A stretch of 64,000 bases of DNA from Macrostomum lignano (taxonomy: Eukaryota). Shown piece after piece: positions 36,020 to 49,491 of the stretch. The translations under genes were made by a program, and so were the position numbers. Position 1 is the stretch's first letter. Every line of letters begins with the position of its first letter. The notes below the pieces were generated by a model that was given only the letters and a program-made list of their open reading frames with translations, was not told the origin of the DNA and searched no databases. The stretch lies in contig NIVC01004018.1 in NCBI GenBank assembly GCA_002269645.1, positions 1 through 64,000 of the forward strand, in the 5' to 3' direction.

Positions 36020-36333
36020 AGCAAGCGATGGAAAAATGAAGAACAACATTGGCAACAAATTAAAAAAACTCAATAAATTCGAATCCTGAATGGGAAGCAC
36101 GGAAAATCAGCGGTGACAACAGTTACTCCTCACGGAGAGTCAGCTTTTTAGCGTCCTTAAAAAATCGTCTTGTGCGGTCGCGTAGGACATCCTCGGCCGC
36201 CGAGTTGAGAGGGGCATTTGCTGGAAATATTTTTGGTAGAGTAAACTGGCGGCTTTACTAAACAAGCACAATACAATGTTTTAATATATTCCAGGACTCC
36301 ATTGAGCGTTTACAAAATAATTAATATTATTAC

Positions 36334-36523
36334 CATCGATGAGGAGCGGAACAAGCAAGTCATTCGCTGATATCCTGGTGCCATCCTTGGGACGTTTAGT
36401 GGTCTTATAATTGCGGCCCGTCATGTTAAAAGCCGTCCGGAATGGCTTTGCCACCAGCATCTTCAACTGTGCTTTCACGGACTCGTTCAGGTTGTTCGAT
36501 TTCGCTTCTTTTAATCTTTGCAC
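36334..36523 (-). CDS. EnSpm accessory gene, exon 2
   Basis: CTTTCAG acceptor; in frame with exon 1; GTAATA donor. A further exon near 36120-36255 is likely but its frame is unclear. Confidence 0.55.
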
Positions 36524-36769
36524 CTGAAAGTGTCAACGTCAATCGTGAATAAGTTTTGACTAGATCGCCAGTTAAACAAGATCCAAGACGCATTGTAGCT
36601 TGCATTGTGTTAATTCAATTTAATTTAATTTAGATTAATTGAGTTTCACCAGAAGCTAATTTCTAGCGCCAAACTTTCCTGAGTATTAATGCACTAAAGT
36701 ATTTGTATCGCATCAGAAGTTTAAAACGAGCTTATAGTAAACTAAATAAAAGGATATTGCGCAGCTTAC

Positions 36770-37684
36770 CACATTGCTCCTTGCATTCTGGCGACAAGCT
36801 TCTACGAGCTGCTCGTAATTGTCTATGCCAGTCATGGGAAGAAATTCGAGGCGACTGTCTTCCTGAACCGTATCTCCTTGGCCTTGAAGACTTAGTCGGC
36901 GCTCAATCAACATTAACCGCTCGGACATGGCAGCCTGTTGGCGTAGTACTTTTGCCAGCATGTGTACAACGCCCTCAGTTGAATACATTTCCACTCCAAC
37001 CGCTGCTAGTCTTGACTGTATTCCAGTCAGCATAGTAGACTGTCGATTTATGGTAGAAGTAGCACAAGCAGACGCTGCGGTGGTGGTGGTGGCAGAAGCA
37101 GACGCGGCGGTGGTGGTGGTGGTGGCAGAAGCAGACGCGGCGGTGGTGGTGGTAGCAGAAACAGACACGGTAGCGGTGGTAGCAGAAACAACGGTAGGTT
37201 CATGACCACTTTCATACAAAATATTAAGCCAGTCGTCAGGAATGCTAGGTAGAGACGGCTCCGGGATCATGTCTTCAAGTAGGGCGTCGGGATCTGTCCG
37301 ATGTCGAATCGACGCAGAGGCCTCGATATCGGTACTGTCAGACTCAGGGAATTGAATTGTTGGGACTCTATTCCTGCTGAGCGTATCTTTGAAGCGTTTA
37401 AAATAACGCAACAAATTCTTCACCTTGACGTTATCCTCCCAGCGCAGTTTAGAGGCCTGTTTCATTGGCTCATCTAATAATTCTTCCTGCATAGCAACTT
37501 GGATTATTGTGCACTGCTTGTCACCATCGTCGAAGCGCGCAAAGATAATTATTTCTTTGTCTCCCGTAGCTAACCACTCCTCTTTACCCCAAGCTTTCAT
37601 TTCTTCAGGCAAGTGCACCAAGGCACAAGGGGTGATGCTAAACGAATTATCGTGTCTAAAGAATAGGAGCAGGTGCAGTCCCAT
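36770..37684 (-). CDS. EnSpm accessory gene (ORF2; DUF4806-like architecture, unverified), exon 1
   Basis: 305 codons open to a GTAAGC donor; Thr/Ala-rich linker; lies downstream of the transposase in the same orientation. Confidence 0.65.
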
Positions 37685-38215
37685 TACGGCAGATATCTGA
37701 AACAGGCTGTTTGGTTAAGAGTAGCAAATTTAAAATAAAAATGTAGGTCAGGAAAAATCTGACAAGTATAAAATCTGGAGTTTTGAGATTCTGAGAAACT
37801 AACTAAGGATGCAGTTGCTGTTGTTACTACAAACTGTTGTGACGTGACTAAACTGACTAAACTAAACTAAAATGTCCTAGACGAAGACGAAGTGAAAAAA
37901 CTGTTTAATAAATCAGTAAATAAAATCAACAGTTGTTTAAATAACCCGAGGTGGCACAAATTTAACTTTTTAATTTTTAACAAATTTAAGAGAGAAATTG
38001 CAAACACATTGACAATATTTAGAAAAAATTACAAAAACACAGTATAGTCTCGTAAAATATGTACATAGACTAATACATAAGTTTTTGTACAGTAAATGTA
38101 CTCGTAAATGTAAATGTACAATCGTTTCACACAGGATAAACTCCTGCTAATACGTCAGTACAACAGTAAAAATTAGCATGTAGAGTTTTATAGGTCCGAA
38201 AATACTAAACATCGC

Positions 38216-40242
38216 TCAAAATCCAATATACGGAATAATTATGAAATCCTCGTCAACAGGAATACAAATCGCTCGTCGCTCAATATTGATATTAGAATGA
38301 TAGTGGATAGTTCTTTCATAGCGCCCTACGTGTACGAATTCTGATGAGTAAGGAAACGTGTAGAGTGGAGTCTTGAATTTCAAACGGCAGCCACTACACA
38401 TTCCAGGCGTTTGTGAAACTTCTGTTGCGAGGTACCAAGCCTTATGTCTCGCATCAAACACAACTGTCCGACCAGGCCTTATGGTGGATGCTTTGAGACA
38501 ACCGGACGCTCTTGTGTCAGAGCGTTGTCTAAACATTATCTCTCGCAAAGCCTGTAATTGTTTGACCGTTTGTTGAAATGCAGAACCATTCTTTCTAATT
38601 CTCCTCTTGAGTATGCCGAGGAAATTTTCATAAGGAAATGCTGAAAAGTTCCTCAATGGACCTTGGCGACGAACAAACTCTCCTAGATGCAGCAGTACAT
38701 GCATGTTATAAGTTATACTTCTTCTGCCAAAGATCTTTCTTGCTCTGTGAACAAATAGTTCAATGCTTTTTTCTGCCAACGGTAGGTTTGCAAACAAATG
38801 TTCATTGGAGTAGATAGACAATGAGAAGTGAAGCAAACAGAAATGATCAAAGGCATCATTCCGCAAAAATGGTTTAAGCAAGTATGGCCCAACTAACATC
38901 AAGTTCCAGAACTCGATGGCCTTGAAATAGGCTAACTCTTTAATTACACGAATCGTCCGTTGAAACTCTTTAGGGAAAAACTTGCGTGTGACCATGATGC
39001 TTTGGGACAACTCAGAAACCTGAAAACTTGACAAGCGGCATGCCAAATTTAATCCCTTGATCTTTGTGCAGTAGCAGTGAAAAATTCGTCTGATGACACC
39101 AAGGCACGCAAGATGCATAGGTTCTGGCGGAAAAGAAGATCGCAATGGCAGAAAATCTAGTGGGGTCCGGCCTGCTTGATTATTTTCCTGGTATTGCTGG
39201 TAATATTGATCTGTCCTGTTAGTACACGGAATAACAGGAAAAACAGTGCGTCCTTCAATCGTACGACCTTCAGCCCGACAATAAATGCACCCGTGATGTG
39301 CATTGTGCCCTATGATATTCATTACGTAGGATCGAGCAGGAGCATCGCAGATGAAGGTGGGGAACTTAAAAAAACATGAATTGCTTCATGTTCATGGAAC
39401 CAGCCATTCTCTAGCAGCTCTTTTAATTCCACACTAAATTCATGCAAGAATTCGCACACAGTGGGCTTGCCAATACCACAATAGCAAGCCACAGGGAGAG
39501 GATGTGACCTGTTGATACCCATCAAAATTGGCCAGCAATTTGTTGGTGATCCTCCAAAATATGGCAATCCGTCAATGTGAAACTGTAAGTCAACTTTGTA
39601 GTGCTTTACTCCATTGATTATTGAGCACGGCATATCATCAAAAAAGCCACGAGAAAGCAAAAACGATAAATTATCCGTGATAGATAGATACGCAAACCTT
39701 CCATCTCTAAATTCTTTTTGTACGATGTTGTCCAGCGTTCGTATTCTCAGGGCAGATGCGCCTTTGGCAGCCTGTCGTAGCAAGTACAATGATTTTGGAA
39801 CCTGAACTCCAAATCGAATGAGGAGACGAAGAAGGTACTCCATTGTTCGTCTCTGAATATTGAATAGAAGAAAAAAAACCAGCAGCCCGTCAGCAAGAGA
39901 AAATTGGTCGACATTTCCATCACCCAGTTCACTTTCGTCTGTTTGAGTCTCTCTATCCTCAATATCGGAATCTGACGATGAAGCTGAACTTAGTGGCATA
40001 TCATCGTTCGAATCGGCTAATTCAATTTCCTCCGTTGAACTTTCCTGACTGTGTACATTACTCATGTCATTGATCAGTTCACTATTCTTTTGATTTGAAT
40101 CTTCACTTGCCTGTGACAACTCTGCTGGAGGCTCATTTAAATGTGTGGTTTGCAGGGCAATGCCATCTTCAATGACACCCATATCGTCAAACATCTCTAG
40201 AACGGCTTGGTTTGCTTTCCTTTTGATAGTTGAGCGACTCAT
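38216..40242 (-). CDS. EnSpm/CACTA transposase, split by one frameshift near 39370
   Basis: DGLP...CWPIL in ORF 39322-40242; FICDAPARS, GHN..GC..C, EPMHLACLGV, MHVLLHL and SAFPYENFLG in the next frame. Confidence 0.88.
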
Positions 40243-43200
40243 TTCTTATTTCAAAATCTGTAGTTGAAGGATGAAACAGAAAAATTGTGTGCAGTTTTTT
40301 AAAGCTGTATATTTATATAGTACTAATAGTAAAAGTATTTTGTATTACAAAAAATCCATAAGCATGTCAGTTTTTCATTTGTTTATATTTTATGATGCAA
40401 AAGTGCAGTCTATTAAAAGAAAGACAAAGTACATAGCTAAAAAGTATTATATGTACACAGTAATTATAATATAAGTAGTAACTCATGCTATAGAAACGGG
40501 TGTTTAGCTACTTATATTTTATGGTATAGCAGTTCTATTTCAGGAGCAGCTATCTGTAGGTTATGCTTGTATTTAGAATGTAACAAAAATTTAATAGATC
40601 CTATACTTAAATTACCAAAATAGATGAGATAAAAATGTTTGAATTTACATTGCATTTATAATTATCATATATACATGTGTATATCAAGAACCACTAGCAG
40701 TATATCAGGATGCCACACTCAAAAACTATATAAATTTTCAAAAGCCAATTTCCTTAGAAAAAAACTGCTGAGATTAAAAAAATTCTTTACAAAATCAATA
40801 CTTGCATTCAATCTTAAGGTTAGTGAAGATTATTAATATTGAAATTTAGTTAGCATAAAAACATATTACTCTGTTGCATTTTATACAATTGTGTAGTAAA
40901 AGTTTTTCTTTTATATAAGCCCAAAGTTTTAAATACTTGCAAGTGGAATTAGCTAATTTTTTGTTTTGTTCCTTCTTGAATAAAGCATAGGTCTATTTTA
41001 GTACAAATTTGCATATAGGTATTAATTCTCTTGAGCCAAATTGTTGAAGGTATAATTTTATTTCAATGTTAGTGAGATTGCAATGTACAATATTACATAA
41101 CAGAAGAATAATTAGAAGCAAATAATTCTAGTCTATTGAGGCCTAGTAAAATAGTCAGTAAAATAGTCAGTTGTTTTGTGACTATATTTTAGCCTTTAGC
41201 TAGCCTAGCCTGGCTGAAAAATTGATAGCTTTTTTATACAGACTACTAGTAGTTCAACAAAAAAAGAAAATGATATTAGTAAACATGGCCTACTATATTT
41301 AATTTCAAATAAGTCAATAAAATAGGATAAAATAGGGCCTTCAACTAATAATAAGCATTTAAATAAAATTATACCTGCAATAATGGCTTCAGAATCAAAG
41401 TGCCTGCCTGAAGCATTTTTATAACAAATATGCTTGATTTAAAAAAGAAACCAAACAAAAATTAGGTAGTGCTACTTGTGAGTTGTGAGTAATTACAACC
41501 TTGCCCTTGGGCTACTAATGATTTTATGAAAATGTTTTACTATATCTGCTCTCTGCAGTGTATTTACATTTTAACATTTAGAATTAAATCGATTACTGTT
41601 CATCGAATGCTGCACTACTAAAATTTTTAATAGGCTCTACTTAAAAGTAAAAAGTTTCTAATTTATGGCTACTTTATTAACTCGCTTGTACTATATAAAA
41701 GATTAAAACTCTAGTTAGCAATATTACTATTAAAACCAACCAAATTATACACAAAACTTATAGCACACAATCACTCATTAATATAGCGACAGATATAATA
41801 ATATACAATGATAGGAAAAAGCTGCCGTGCGTAATACAGAAAGTATAAGTTAAACATTTACATAATAAGTTATAATAAACATCGATCTATAATCGACATC
41901 GCATGGCGATATTTTAAAAAATTGCATGTATCTAGCAATGAGTTAAAACAAAAAATATTGCCTCTGTTTTACTGAATTTTTTATTTTATTTATGTAAGCT
42001 TAAAATCACTTTGAAAAAACAATACAAAATATTATATAAAATATTTTTGGCAAATGAGGAGATAAAATAATTTTTATCGAAATTTCGACGTCGAATGAAG
42101 GTTCAACCGACAACTCATTTGGCGCTAGTCTTAAATAGGCGAATATCGACGTCATTTCGACGTGATTTTTACCGCCGGGTTATTTCTAAGAAAGTTATCG
42201 ATTAGGACTACAGTTGGAGCGCATCATCAATATCCGCCTGTAATTCCTGATTATGCTATCTCTCTTATGCAGCCTTCACTTCGCATGCACTTACCCTATG
42301 CACACATCGTATGTTATATAATTTATCAAATCTTGGTCCCAAGCCGTCTACTCCCGATTGACATGGATTTGCAAATTAACTGGCAAAATTGATGAAACTG
42401 TCATGCAGAAACCGGCTGTCATATTAAAAGCTTTCGCAGCTCAGATAAATTGGCCAGTAGAGCTTTTTATGCATTGCATGGAGCTTCATATTTTAGACTC
42501 TCTTTTACTTCTCTTTCAAACGCTCAATATGGGACCTAAGCTCGTGCAAGTTGTCAATCCGTTCCTTACACCTCCAGGCCAGCTTCCATCGAACGGTTCG
42601 GTGTTGGCCAGGCTACATGAAGTGCACACTGTGTGAGTGTCCAAGGCAAGCCGCACGGATCCTCCAGAAATTCTATCAGAATTTAATCAATTGTGCCCTG
42701 GCTCTTATATGATCTGGGCTGCAACATGTGGATGTCCTAGATGAATTCTATGAATAAGAGGCCAGTACTGTTTTAGAGAAGTGACACTTTTCTGTGCATT
42801 TTTCTCTCACTAGGTCGTCGCCATTTGTGTACATCGATACACTAATGGAAATTGAAGTGTATGGCGTTTCTGAGTTGCACTTTTCTCTTGATGATACAGG
42901 AGGCCATAGGCTCTCTTGTTTGCTGCTAATGAAATAAACAAATCACTTCAATTAGCTATCATATGGCAGCGTTTTTATATTGATATCAACAATACAGCAT
43001 TCAACAAAACCAGCAAACTGTAAGGCACACTGCAATTAACAGGTGAAAACCAATGGATTTCTCGGTTAAAAATATGTACTTTTTGTTTTTTTATTTCTCA
43101 AGGACCACCAGAAGTTCTAGTGGTCCTTGTTATTTCTATTCCTAAAATTTGATGTCAAGGAAAAATCGGAATAGCTACGAATAGTCGGTAAACCAATGCA

Positions 43201-43974
43201 AAAAGCTCTTGATTTGAACCGGTTAAGATTGTTTAAAAAGCTGCGTTTAAATAAGTAACCGTCATGCTTGCATTAGAGCAACAAAGGTAATTAGAAAGAA
43301 GTGGCATTTTTTCATCATTTAAATTAACAATGACGTATCGGAGAAAGCTGGGGTATTATTATTATTTTGACAGAAGGCGAACTATACAAAAATATCTCAT
43401 TAATTATGAATTTCGCTTCATATAATCATATAATCATAGCTTTAGGGTTAGGGTTAGGCGGATTTCAAGGTTGACATGGTTTTTCAGAATTCAAGGCTTA
43501 TGAGGGAATAGCAGAGATGCCAAGGCTCACAAGGGATTACTGATGTTATAGCAAAGAGAAGCTACATGTAGTTTATTAAAAAAATTGTATTCCATTCTTT
43601 GATGGCTCCCTATATGGGGGCGCTGATTGCTATAAATGATACTCATTTTGAGAGCACTACAGTAGAGTGCTGTAGTCACGTGACTACAGTGCAAGCAATC
43701 GCATTTTTCAGACAACGCAGCCCTTGTTTAATAGAAAAATTAGTCTAGCTAGTAAATTATGCCTGACGTACTGACTCTTCCATATCTGGACTGACGCAAT
43801 CTATTTTTATCTTATTTTAATCTTGTTTTAATCTATTTTAGTCTTATCTATTTTAATAATTTCAGACAAAGGAATCCGCCATTCTCTATCCGCCCAAACC
43901 GTCTCACTAAACTGGTTATTGATTTTATCTCGTCTTTTAAAATCATTCAGCAGCTACATTTTCCGGTGATCAGA

Positions 43975-45192
43975 ATCCGAGCGAAAGGATTCACGCGACT
44001 GGATTCACGCGACTGGATTCACGCGACTGGATTCACGCGACTGGATTCACGCGACTGGATTCATGTGACTGGATTCACGCGACTGGATTCATGCGACTGG
44101 ATTCACGCGACTGGATTCATGCGACTGGATTCACGCGACTGGATTCACGCGACTGGATTCACGCGACTGGATTCACGCGAATGGATTCATGCGACTGGAT
44201 TCACGCGACTGGATTCACGTGACTGGATTCATGCGACTGGATTCACGCGACTGGATTCACGCGAATGGATTCACGCGACTGGATTCACGCGACTGGATTC
44301 ACGCGACTGGATTCATGTGACTGGATTCACGCGACTGGATTCATGCGACTGGATTCACGCGACTGGATTCATGCGACTGGATTCACGCGACTGGATTCAC
44401 GCGACTGGATTCACGCGACTGGATTCACGCGAATGGATTCATGCGACTGGATTCACGCGACTGGATTCACGTGACTGGATTCATGCGACTGGATTCACGC
44501 GACTGGATTCACGCGACTGGATTCACGCGACTGGATTCACGCGACTGGATTCACGCGACTGGATTCATGTGACTGGATTCACGCGACTGGATTCATGCGA
44601 CTGGATTCACGCGACTGGATTCATGCGACTGGATTCACGCGACTGGATTCACGCGAATGGATTCATGCGACTGGATTCACGCGACTGGATTCACGTGACT
44701 GGATTCATGCGACTGGATTCACGCGACTGGATTCACGCGAATGGATTCACGCGACTGGATTCACGCGACTGGATTCACGCGACTGGATTCACGCGACTAG
44801 ATTCATGCGAATGGATTCATGCGACTGGATTCACGCGAATGGATTCATGCGACTGGATTCACGCGAATGGATTCATGCGACTGGATTCACGCGACTGGAT
44901 TCATGTGAATGGATTCACGCGACTGGATTCACGCGACTGGATTCACGCGACTGGATTCACGCGACTGGATTCACGCGACTGGATTCATGGGACTGGATTC
45001 ACGCGACTGGATTCACGCGACTGGATTCATGCGACTGGATTCACGCGACTGGATTCACGCGACTGGATTCATGCGACTTGATTCACGCGACTGGATTCAC
45101 GCGACTGGATTCATGCGACTGGATTCACGCGACTGGATTCACGCGACTGGATTCATGCGACTTGATTCACGCGACTGGATTCACGTGAATGG
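43975..45192. repeat. 14-bp minisatellite GACTGGATTCACGC
   Basis: Read directly; more than 80 units. Confidence 0.98.
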
Positions 45193-45885
45193 ATGTATGC
45201 TTCTGATCTCAATCTCTGCTACTCTGCTCTCTGAAGAAGGAGTTGTTACCCTTTCCTGATCTGCTTCGTTGATTTTTTCGTTGATTTCCGGACCAGAGAT
45301 TTCAGTCTTTCATATCGAGATCGTCTCTGCATTCGCAATTTCTCTTGAATCTCTTGAATAATGGGACGCATTATTGAAGAAAACAATTTGGAAAATATTA
45401 AAGTTTTTATTTTCTTGCATGAATAAACAATTTTTTTGGCACTAAATTTATAATATCGGATCGTTTCGAATTCCAAATATCAAAATGAGACGAGTGTGTG
45501 TTTTTTATCGAATGTATACTTTATGTTCCGGGCATTGCGCCAGGGTGTCCACAGGCCTTCTGAGATCCTTTATTATCAATTAGACAAAATTATTAATCTC
45601 GAACAAAACACAAAAACTTCTCCTCGATTTGCAACTTGGACGTTCAGAAAATGGAATGCGGTTAGTCTAGCGCGAAAGCAGCTGCAAGCTTTCAATCTCG
45701 CCAATGCACTTTTCTACAGAACAGGCATGCCTCTGAAAGGATGCCATTGGCCTCGAAGCTGGTCCAATGCCGGCTCTGCAGCGCTCTGGCTAAAAAAGCC
45801 GTCAGCCGCCTCGCATTCCTGACAGAGCAGACAAATTCTTCACCAAAACCCGTCGAAGCTGAAGAACAAAAAGCATTCTGAAAGT

Positions 45886-46248
45886 ATGCCAGCTACCGCA
45901 GCTCTGCAGCCGCAGCTGATCTTTGATAACGCAACCACCGTGGCTGCGCTGGGAAACATGACGGCCGATGGAGGCGAGGCGAGTGGCGACCATCTGGATC
46001 CCTACATGGTGCTGGCCGTCACGCTTTTCATCAGCGTTGACATCATCGGGGTGGCCGCCAACGTCTTCGTGCTGGTGGTGCTGCTGCGCAATGACAGCAA
46101 GCAGGTGTACGAGATCTTCTGCACCGGCCTGGCACTCACCGACCTGCTGTTCCTCACCCTGACCGTGCCGATCACCACCCTGCAGTACGTCGTCGACGCC
46201 TGGCTTCTGGGGGCCGCTCTGTGCAAGTTCACCTTCTTTGTTGTCACC
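45886..46248 (+). CDS. Class A peptide GPCR (galanin/allatostatin-A/kisspeptin-receptor-like), exon 1 (TM1-TM3 start)
   Basis: N-glycosylation sites NAT and NMT; GVAAN; LALTDLLF; W..G...CK; GTAAGT donor, phase 0. Confidence 0.9.
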
Positions 46249-46267
46249 GTAAGTGCGCTTGCTCTCC

Positions 46268-47572
46268 ATGATTCACTCCGATCCCTGTGATTCACTCCGA
46301 TCCCCATGATTCACTCCGATCCCTGTGATTCACTCCGCTCCCTGTGATTCACTCCGCTCCCTATGATTCACTCCGCTCCCTATGATTCACTCCGCTCCCT
46401 ATGATTCACTCCGCTACCCATGATTCACTCCACTCCCTATGATTCAATCCAATCTCTACGATTCACTCCGATGCCTATGAATCACTCCGATCCCTATGAG
46501 GCTCTGCGCTCCCTACGATTCACTCCGCTCCTTATGATTCACTCCGTTTCTAATAATTCACTCCGTTTGCATGATTCACTCCACTTCCTATGATTCACTC
46601 CACTTCCTATGATTCACTCCACTCCCTATGATTCACCTCGCTCCCTATGATTCACTCCGCTCCCTATGATTCACCTCGCGCCCTATGATTCACTCCGCTC
46701 CCTATGATTCACTCCGCTCCCTATGATTCACTCCGCTCCCTATGATTCACTCCGCTCCCTATGATTCACTCCGCTCCCTATGATTCACTCCGCTCCCTAT
46801 GATTCACTCCGCTCCCTATGATTCACTCCGCTCCCTATGATTCACTCCGCTCCCTATGATTCACTCCGCTCCCTATGATTCACTCCGCTCCCTATGATTC
46901 ACTCCACTCCCTATGATTCAATCCAATCTCTACGATTCACTCCGATGCCTATGAATCACTCCGATCCCTATGAGGCTCTGCGCTCCCTACGATTCACTCC
47001 GCTCCTTATGATTCACTCCGTTTCTAATAATTCACTCCGTTTGCATGATTCACTCCACTTCCTATGATTCACTCCACTTCCTATGATTCACTCCACTCCC
47101 TATGATTCACCTCGCTCCCTATGATTCACTCCGCTCCCTATGATTCACCTCGCGCCCTATGATTCACTCCGCTCCCTATGATTCACTCCGCTCCCTATGA
47201 TTCACTCCGCTCCCTATGATTCACTCCGCTCCCTATGATTCACTCCGCTCCCTATGATTCACTCCGCTCCCTATGATTCACTCCGCTCCCTATGATTCAC
47301 TCCGCTCCCTATGATTCACTCCGCTCCCTATGATTCACTCCGCTCCCTATGATTCACTCCGCTCCCTATGATTCACTCCGCTCCCTATGATTCACTCCGC
47401 TCCCTATGATTCACTCCGCTCCCTATGATTCACTCCGCTCCCTATGATTCACTCCGCTCCCTATGATTCACTCCGCTCCCTATGATTCACTGCGCTCCCT
47501 ATGATTCACTCCGCTCCCTTTGATTCACTCCGCTCCCTATGATTCACTCCGATCCCTATGATTCACTCCGAT
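46268..47572. repeat. 19-bp minisatellite TATGATTCACTCCGCTCCC filling GPCR intron 1
   Basis: Read directly; contains a 474-bp higher-order duplication. Confidence 0.97.
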
Positions 47573-47639
47573 TGAGCTCCCGATTCTTCCCTGCTCATCT
47601 TCCCCTCCAACCCGGCCACGCCGCCCCGCCTACTCGCAG

Positions 47640-47772
47640 ATGACGGTGTACTCGTCCGCCATCATGCTGCTGGGCCTGACCTGCAGCCGGTTTCTGGCCG
47701 TCGTGCACCCGTGGGAAAACCGAAAGATCAACCCGACCAGAGCGAAGGCCGGCTGCCTGATCGCTTGGCTCA
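47640..47772 (+). CDS. GPCR exon 2 (TM3-TM4)
   Basis: CGCAG acceptor; LTCSRFLAVVHP (DRY position); GTGAGT donor, phase 1. Confidence 0.9.
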
Positions 47773-47997
47773 GTGAGTTGGATGTGCCAATCTCAGCCTG
47801 CCTTGAGCCAGCATTCTTAATCAGCTCGTGTTGAAAAGACCTGTCAATAGCGACAGCATTACATGAGCGGGTCTGTCGTGAGCACTCCAATCACAAGTAA
47901 TGCCTTTATGAATAGTTCTGAGTAGTCCATGGACAGCTAAAAATAGTGCTGCACTCACGAACTTGCGTTTTTTGAAGCGCTTATTACTTTCAGATGA

Positions 47998-48262
47998 ATG
48001 TCATGAGCAGTCATCTCATGAGCAGTCATCTCATGAGCGGTCATCTCATGAGCAGTCATCTCATGAGCGGTCATCTCATGAGCAGTCATCTCATGAGCGG
48101 TCATCTCATGAGCAGTCATCTCATGAGCGGTCATCTCATGAGCAGTCATCTCATGAGCAGTCATCTCATGAGCGGTCATCTCATGAGCAGTCATCTCATG
48201 AGCGGTCATCTCATGAGCAGTCATCTCATGAGCGGTCATCTCATGAGCAGTCATCTCATGAG
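47998..48262. repeat. 15-bp tandem repeat TCATCTCATGAGC(A/G)G in GPCR intron 2
   Basis: Read directly. Confidence 0.96.
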
Positions 48263-48272
48263 GTGCTTACTG

Positions 48273-48372
48273 CATTGCGCGCTTGTATGTGCTCAAGCAT
48301 GATGGGCGGAATCGCCTCAGCGTTACGATGTCCCCTCAGGTGTTTCGCCAGGGTGCACACAGGTCCCCTGCG
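48273..48372 (+). mobile_element. 3' fragment of the tRNA-SINE family
   Basis: GCGCGCTTGTAT...CGCCAGGGTGCACACA matches the 3' part of the 58712-59071 copy. Confidence 0.55.
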
Positions 48373-48903
48373 AATTATCATTCGTGTTACACAGCAAGTA
48401 CAGCAAATCAGTTTCCATATTAAGTGGTAGATTAATTTTATTCCTTTTCAAAAGCCTAATTCAAATCAGACGTCATAAGCTGAGAGAAAGTCCAACTCAT
48501 TCCCGTCGTGCAGGCCCAAGCCTCGATTATTTTGCTAAAAACCGGTTCAAGATAGACTTAAGGCGCCAAGCGGACCTCGTGAAGTTAATCTCGGGTGAGG
48601 CGACCAGCGACAGAGAGTCGCAGAGCTTCAAGCAGACTTTCGCGCCTTCCCATTCGAGCAAATCCGGCTGCTTATCTTCTTCTAGAAGAGGAGAGATGGA
48701 GAGGAAACTGGTCAGATTAGGGGAGGCTGAGAACACTTTCAATCTCCGACACGAAAAGTTCGGAATCTTTGCAACGCGGCTTAGTCTAATCACCGTAGCA
48801 TTCACCTTTATTGGCCTGTCACACTAGTCTTGGCACTCCACTGTTCACTCTTGATTGCTGACCTGGCCTCTATCTGATCACTTCGCTACTCACTCTGTTT
48901 CAG

Positions 48904-49103
48904 TCGGCGCCATTCTGAGCATCCCCCAGCCTGTCGTGTTCAAAGTCGAGGACGACAACGGAGTCCTGGTCTGTCGAGACGCCTTCGCGTTGGAGCGTAA
49001 CCGGGTGCTCAACTCAGTTGTGATCCTCCTGTGCTCCTACGTGCTGCCTTTCTTTGCCATGCTGATCATGAACTGCCTCATCGTTAGGAAGCTGAAGACT
49101 GAG
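48904..49103 (+). CDS. GPCR exon 3 (TM4-TM5)
   Basis: TTTCAG acceptor; LSIPQ, ECL2 Cys, YVLP; GTTCGT donor, phase 0. Confidence 0.88.
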
Positions 49104-49179
49104 GTTCGTGGGGAAGAGGGCCCATTGCGGGATAATGGAATGGGCATGTTGTTCTGGCAGCATTTTAGGTACTTGGGAA

Positions 49180-49440
49180 TTTGGATGCCGTGATGCTAAC
49201 AGACTATGGGATATTTGGGGATTTGGATGCTGTGATGCTAACAGACTATGGGATATTTGGGGATTTGGATGCTGTGATGCTAACAGACTATGGGATATTT
49301 GGGGATTTGGATGCTGTGATGCTAACAGACTATGGGATATTTGGGGATTTGGATGCTGTGATGCTAACAGACTATGGGATATTTGGGGATTTAGATGCAT
49401 GCTGAGATCCTAACAGTCTGTGGGATATTTGGGGATTTGA
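49180..49440. repeat. 42-bp tandem repeat in GPCR intron 3
   Basis: GGATGCTGTGATGCTAACAGACTATGGGATATTTGGGGATTT, about 6 copies. Confidence 0.95.
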
Positions 49441-49491
49441 ATCTGTGCTGTGATCCCAACACAGTTATATGTCACTCCCCCATCTGTGCAG

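Larger units (their letters stand above)
33490..42179 (-). mobile_element. EnSpm/CACTA (CMC) DNA transposon, 8690 bp
   Basis: 34-bp TIRs CCCGGCGGTAAAAATCACGWCGAAATGACGTCGA (1 mismatch); 2-bp TSD TT; subterminal TCGACGTCGA repeats; transposase plus a second gene inside. Confidence 0.93.

Noticed and set aside
43442-43458. TTAGGGTTAGGGTTAGG telomere-like tract
   Set aside because: Under three units; too short to call an interstitial telomere.
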